From: a bacterium
GTDB lineage: Bacteria; JBDRGX01
Direction: 5' to 3'
DNA: 21,468 nucleotides
NCBI GenBank assembly: GCA_043817485.1
Contig: JBDRGX010000146.1
Location: 1 to 21,468 of the forward strand
Shown here: piece by piece, positions 18,552 to 21,468 of the stretch
Layout of the letters: each line of letters starts with the position of its first letter
Numbering within the stretch: position 1 is the stretch's first letter
Made by a program: the position numbers and the translations under genes
The notes under the pieces: model-generated
The model's input: only the letters and a program-made list of their open reading frames with translations
Told to the model about the DNA's origin: nothing
Databases searched by the model: none

Positions 18552-18601
18552 AAAAATAAATAAAATATAGGGTGAATACCTTTTTAGACAATGTTAATGT
18601 G

Positions 18602-18721
18602 ATACCAAGTCGCATTTAAACACTAATTGTGTTGGTTTCGTCTAAACAGTTCCTTCAATGAATATATTTTTGTTGCCTTTTTCTTATCCGTCTTATTATC
18701 ATTTTGAATGCAATTTGACAT
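18602..18721. mobile_element. MITE family B, complete degenerate copy
   Basis: ATACCAAGTCGCATTTAAA ... TTTGAATGCAATTTGACAT imperfect terminal inverted repeats; alignable along its length to 21367-21468. Confidence 0.75.
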
Positions 18722-18722
18722 A

Positions 18723-18828
18723 TAACCTAAATTTTCGAATTTCTATAACTATAAGTCGGGAACCAATTGAAAATATATGTTTTTTTACCTTTTAGGAAGT
18801 ATAGTTATACTTAGGGGAATTTAGGATT
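18723..18828 (+). mobile_element. MITE family A, short copy
   Basis: TAACCTAAATTTTCGAATTTCTATAACTAT ... ATAGTTATACTTAGGGGAATTTAGGATT inverted ends; homologous to 16541-16708. Confidence 0.7.
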
Positions 18829-18848
18829 TATATTATTAGATTTCATTT

Positions 18849-18887
18849 CCACCCCTATCCTCCGAACACCCCTACCAGCGGGAGACA
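18849..18887 (+). repeat. GC-rich double-hairpin repeat family C, degenerate copy
   Basis: CCACCCCTATCCTCCGAACACCCCTACCAGCGGGAGACA aligns to 20424-20463. Confidence 0.75.
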
Positions 18888-18929
18888 CAAAATGAAAAAA
18901 AACCATGTTTTTCTTACCTTTTGAGCATA

Positions 18930-19048
18930 CAGACTGTGTCGCAATTCAATTTTACGATAATTGCCATACAATATAAAGTAGTGATTTTATGCAACACCAC
19001 AATATATTGTGGTGTTGATGTCCAAATTCAGAATTGCGACACAATCTG
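18930..19048. mobile_element. Nested 119-bp MITE (family D) with 18-bp terminal inverted repeats
   Basis: CAGACTGTGTCGCAATTC (18930-18947) and GAATTGCGACACAATCTG (19031-19048), 17/18 inverted match; ATA direct repeat on both flanks. Ends resemble IS1182-type termini (from memory, unverified). Confidence 0.85.
18966..19012. promoter_or_regulatory. Tandem NrdR-box-like sites
   Basis: ATACAATATAAAGTAG (18966-18981) and CCACAATATATTGTGG (18997-19012) against consensus acaCwAtATaTwGtgt; starts 31 bp apart. Confidence 0.55.
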
Positions 19049-19357
19049 ATAGTTATAATTAAATGTGGGAATTTAGGATAAAAACCTGTGTTTTAATAGT
19101 TGTGTAGTACAAAAATCCCCATTTTTACAAAAATTATTTGTTTATAAAAATATCAATTGTAATTTTTGGGTATTTTATATTTAAAATTTATATAATTATT
19201 TGAGAATAAAAATTGTGAATTAATAAGTGCTTAATTATCTATTGGAATTTTTATTATTTTAAATTGCAGTGGATTTATTGCTCATTTTTTTTTACTTTTG
19301 AAATTATACTGTTATAGAAAAACTTGTTTGTTGTTTTCCTGTTTTTCATTTGTAATT

Positions 19358-20314
19358 TTATCTTTCAAATCGTCTAAATCCAGAACAAGAAATTATATTT
19401 ATTTTTTCTTTTTTCATTATTTTATCGAATAATAAATTTAATCCTAAATTATCACTTGCCATATGTCCTGCAATAATTAAATTAACATAATTTTTTTCTG
19501 CTTCTTTTTTATGTTCTTCGCTAAAATGCATTCCTACTACAGTTCCTACTTTTCCAGCACAAACTAATTTTTCAAAAGCTTCTTTAGAACCTTCTGTTCC
19601 ACCTGTCATATCTACAAAAATACCACCCGTTCTATTTTTTTCATTTCCTACAATAATAGTAGGACCAGCTTTTTCTATAGATGCTTGTTTATATTCTAAA
19701 ATTTCTTTTAAAATTTTTACAACATCTTTCACATAAAAAGGATTTTTTTCTTCTAAATGTTTTTGAAGATAAGATGCTACATGATTATCAGCTGGAGTAT
19801 GAATACACATAAAAGGAATATCTAAAAGTTTTGCCATATCAACAGTTCGTTGATGATTAACTGGCATTACTCTCCGACTTACTTCATTTATTCGTTCTTT
19901 TAAAATTCCTTCTGCTACATTAATTGGAACTCCATATTTATTTAACATATCTGTATGAATATTCATTACTTCATAAAAAGAGGCATAAGCAGATCCTTGA
20001 GGATGATGAGAAATAACTAAATCTATTTTTTTTTCATTTTTTTTCAAATTATCTGCTAATAAAATTTCAGATCCATCTATATCTATTCCAATTAAAACAT
20101 TTTTTATATCTAATGTATTTTCTCCATAAAGAATGCGAGTATCTGCATAAGGATTAACTAATTTTTCTTTATCAAATTCATTTTTTTTCTCATCAGACAA
20201 TAAATTGTATTCTTTTTTTATTTCTTCTAAATTTTTTAATACTATTTCTTTGTCACGAGGATCTGCTTCTATTCCAAAATTAATTGCTAATTCGTATAAA
20301 TGTTTTAATTCCAT
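19358..20314 (-). CDS. NIF3-like (NGG1-interacting factor 3 family) metal-binding protein
   Basis: GIEADPR, NPYADTRIL, GIDID, ISHHP, HTPADN, DMTGGTEG, AGHMASDNLGLN; GGGAG RBS. Confidence 0.8.
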   Translation of the reverse strand: MELKHLYELAINFGIEADPRDKEIVLKNLEEIKKEYNLLSDEKKNEFDKEKLVNPYADTRILYGENTLDIKNVLIGIDIDGSEILLADNLKKNEKKIDLVISHHPQGSAYASFYEVMNIHTDMLNKYGVPINVAEGILKERINEVSRRVMPVNHQRTVDMAKLLDIPFMCIHTPADNHVASYLQKHLEEKNPFYVKDVVKILKEILEYKQASIEKAGPTIIVGNEKNRTGGIFVDMTGGTEGSKEAFEKLVCAGKVGTVVGMHFSEEHKKEAEKNYVNLIIAGHMASDNLGLNLLFDKIMKKEKINIISCSGFRRFER

Positions 20315-20422
20315 TTTTTTAATCTCCCATATTTTATATTACAAATTTTAAAAGAAATTTATTTACACCAAATCATATTCAAAAGTAAAAGAATATGAAA
20401 TTTTGAATTGAGAAGATAAAAG

Positions 20423-20463
20423 TCCACCCCCGTCCTGACGGACACCCCCGCCAGCGGGGGACA
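20423..20463 (+). repeat. GC-rich double-hairpin repeat family C, intact copy
   Basis: TCCACCC-CCGTC-CT-GACGG-ACA-CCCCCGC-CA-GCGGGGG-ACA: two perfect stems; second copy at 18849-18887. Confidence 0.8.
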
Positions 20464-20545
20464 TTAGGAGTCTTGAAGAATTTAAATTTTTCAATCTAAA
20501 ATCTAAAATTGTTATTCTATTCTCACTCCAAAATCAAAAATTCTA

Positions 20546-21340
20546 TTATATCTGTATTTGTTCTCTACAAAAATTTATATAATTTAAACAATATTCATCT
20601 TTATTTAATAAAGCCAAACTAGATTTTAATATTATCATTACATTTTGATCTAATGGATCTATTATTGCAGCATCTAATCCTGTCATAAGAGCCATTGTAA
20701 GAAATGTTCTATTAATCAATTTTCTCATAGGTAAACCATAAGAAATATTACTTAACCCAGTTATAGTTTTAACTTCTGGAAATTGTTTTTTTATTTCGTT
20801 TAAAGTTTCAATGATAATTAATCCATAAGAAGTGTTTGTGCTAATTGGATAAACTAAAGGATCTAAATAAATTTTTTCTAAAGGAATTTTTAATTCTTGA
20901 GCATATTTAATTATTTTTTGAGCAGCATCAAGTCTTCCAGATACATCTTCTGGAATACTTTCCTCTCCCATACATAATCCAACTACAGATAAATTATATT
21001 CTTTAATTAAAGGAAGTATTTCTTCCATTTTTTTTTGGTCTCCAGTAATGGAATTAATTAAACCAATATTTTTACTTATAGGTAAAATTTCTTTAATTGC
21101 TTTTGAGTTAGGACTATCTAAACAAATAGGAACAGAAGTTTCTTTATTTACAATTTCAATTAACCATTTCAAATCATCTATTTCAGTGTTCACATTATTT
21201 CCAGCATTAACATCTATCATAGAAGCACCAGCATTTACTTGATTTATTACCTCTTGTTGAATAAATTTTGTATTTTTTTTATCTACTGCACTATAAATAT
21301 TTTTTCTACTTGTATTGATTCTTTCTGCAATAATAAGCAT
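20546..21340 (-). CDS. acsE: Methyltetrahydrofolate:corrinoid methyltransferase (AcsE/MeTr, pterin-binding TIM barrel)
   Basis: MLIIAERINTSRK, GASMIDVNAG, PICLDS, LINS, YLDPLV.PIST, GLSNISYGLP.RKLINRTFL, GLDAAIIDP; stand-alone 264 aa; AGGAG RBS. Confidence 0.85.
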   Translation of the reverse strand: MLIIAERINTSRKNIYSAVDKKNTKFIQQEVINQVNAGASMIDVNAGNNVNTEIDDLKWLIEIVNKETSVPICLDSPNSKAIKEILPISKNIGLINSITGDQKKMEEILPLIKEYNLSVVGLCMGEESIPEDVSGRLDAAQKIIKYAQELKIPLEKIYLDPLVYPISTNTSYGLIIIETLNEIKKQFPEVKTITGLSNISYGLPMRKLINRTFLTMALMTGLDAAIIDPLDQNVMIILKSSLALLNKDEYCLNYINFCREQIQI

Positions 21341-21366
21341 AAATTTTCTCCTAATTTTTATATATT

Positions 21367-21468
21367 ATACCAAGTCTCATTTAAATGCTAATTGTGTTGG
21401 CTTTGTCGTTGGCTCCTCCAATGTATTATTTCATACATTTTCGTCGCCTTCTCCTTGCCGCCTTATTA
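21367..21468. mobile_element. MITE family B, second copy (cut by window edge)
   Basis: ATACCAAGTCTCATTTAAATGCTAATTGTGTTGG...CTTATTA aligns to 18602-18698; internal stem AATGTA...TACATT. Confidence 0.75.

Larger units (their letters stand above)
18900..19080 (+). mobile_element. MITE family A right-end fragment, interrupted by a nested element
   Basis: ATGTTTTTCTTACCTTTTGAGC-ATA-[insert]-ATA-GTTATAATTAAATGTGGGAATTTAGGATA; without the insert it parallels 18777-18828. Confidence 0.7.

Noticed and set aside
19098-19316. Possible further MITE ends (ATAGTTGTGTA ... TATACTGTTAT)
   Set aside because: Inverted match too weak and no second copy in the window.
20493-20543. AATCTAA-type heptamer repeats (also near 16013-16030 and inverted near 16136-16147)
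   Set aside because: Only 2-3 imperfect units per site in AT-rich DNA; too weak to call an array.
20546-21340. Dihydropteroate synthase (folP) or a MetH fragment
   Set aside because: Lacks FolP motifs such as TPDSFSDG; length and motifs fit a stand-alone AcsE-type methyltransferase.

Overview
Very AT-rich bacterial chromosomal segment, mostly housekeeping and metabolic genes. Minus strand at left: asd followed directly by the 5' half of a tRNA (probably Lys). Plus-strand run: a long phosphohexomutase; ftsX-envC-ctpA-DUF366-(Hanks-type pseudokinase with PEGA domains); rbfA-nrnA-lipA-fabD; DUF948-YtxH; rsfS frameshifted in an A9 run; fhs-fchA. Converging from the right: acsE-like methyltransferase, a NIF3-like protein and dnaG. 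fhs, fchA and acsE suggest an anaerobe using the Wood-Ljungdahl methyl branch or a related folate/corrinoid methyl-transfer route. No transposase, CRISPR array or prophage is seen, but the intergenic regions hold several families of small non-autonomous elements (MITE/REP-like), some stacked or nested. The most striking is a 119-bp element with terminal inverted repeats and an ATA target duplication, inserted into another MITE upstream of dnaG, that carries two NrdR-box-like sites 31 bp apart. All family assignments come from motif recognition by eye; no database searches were run.
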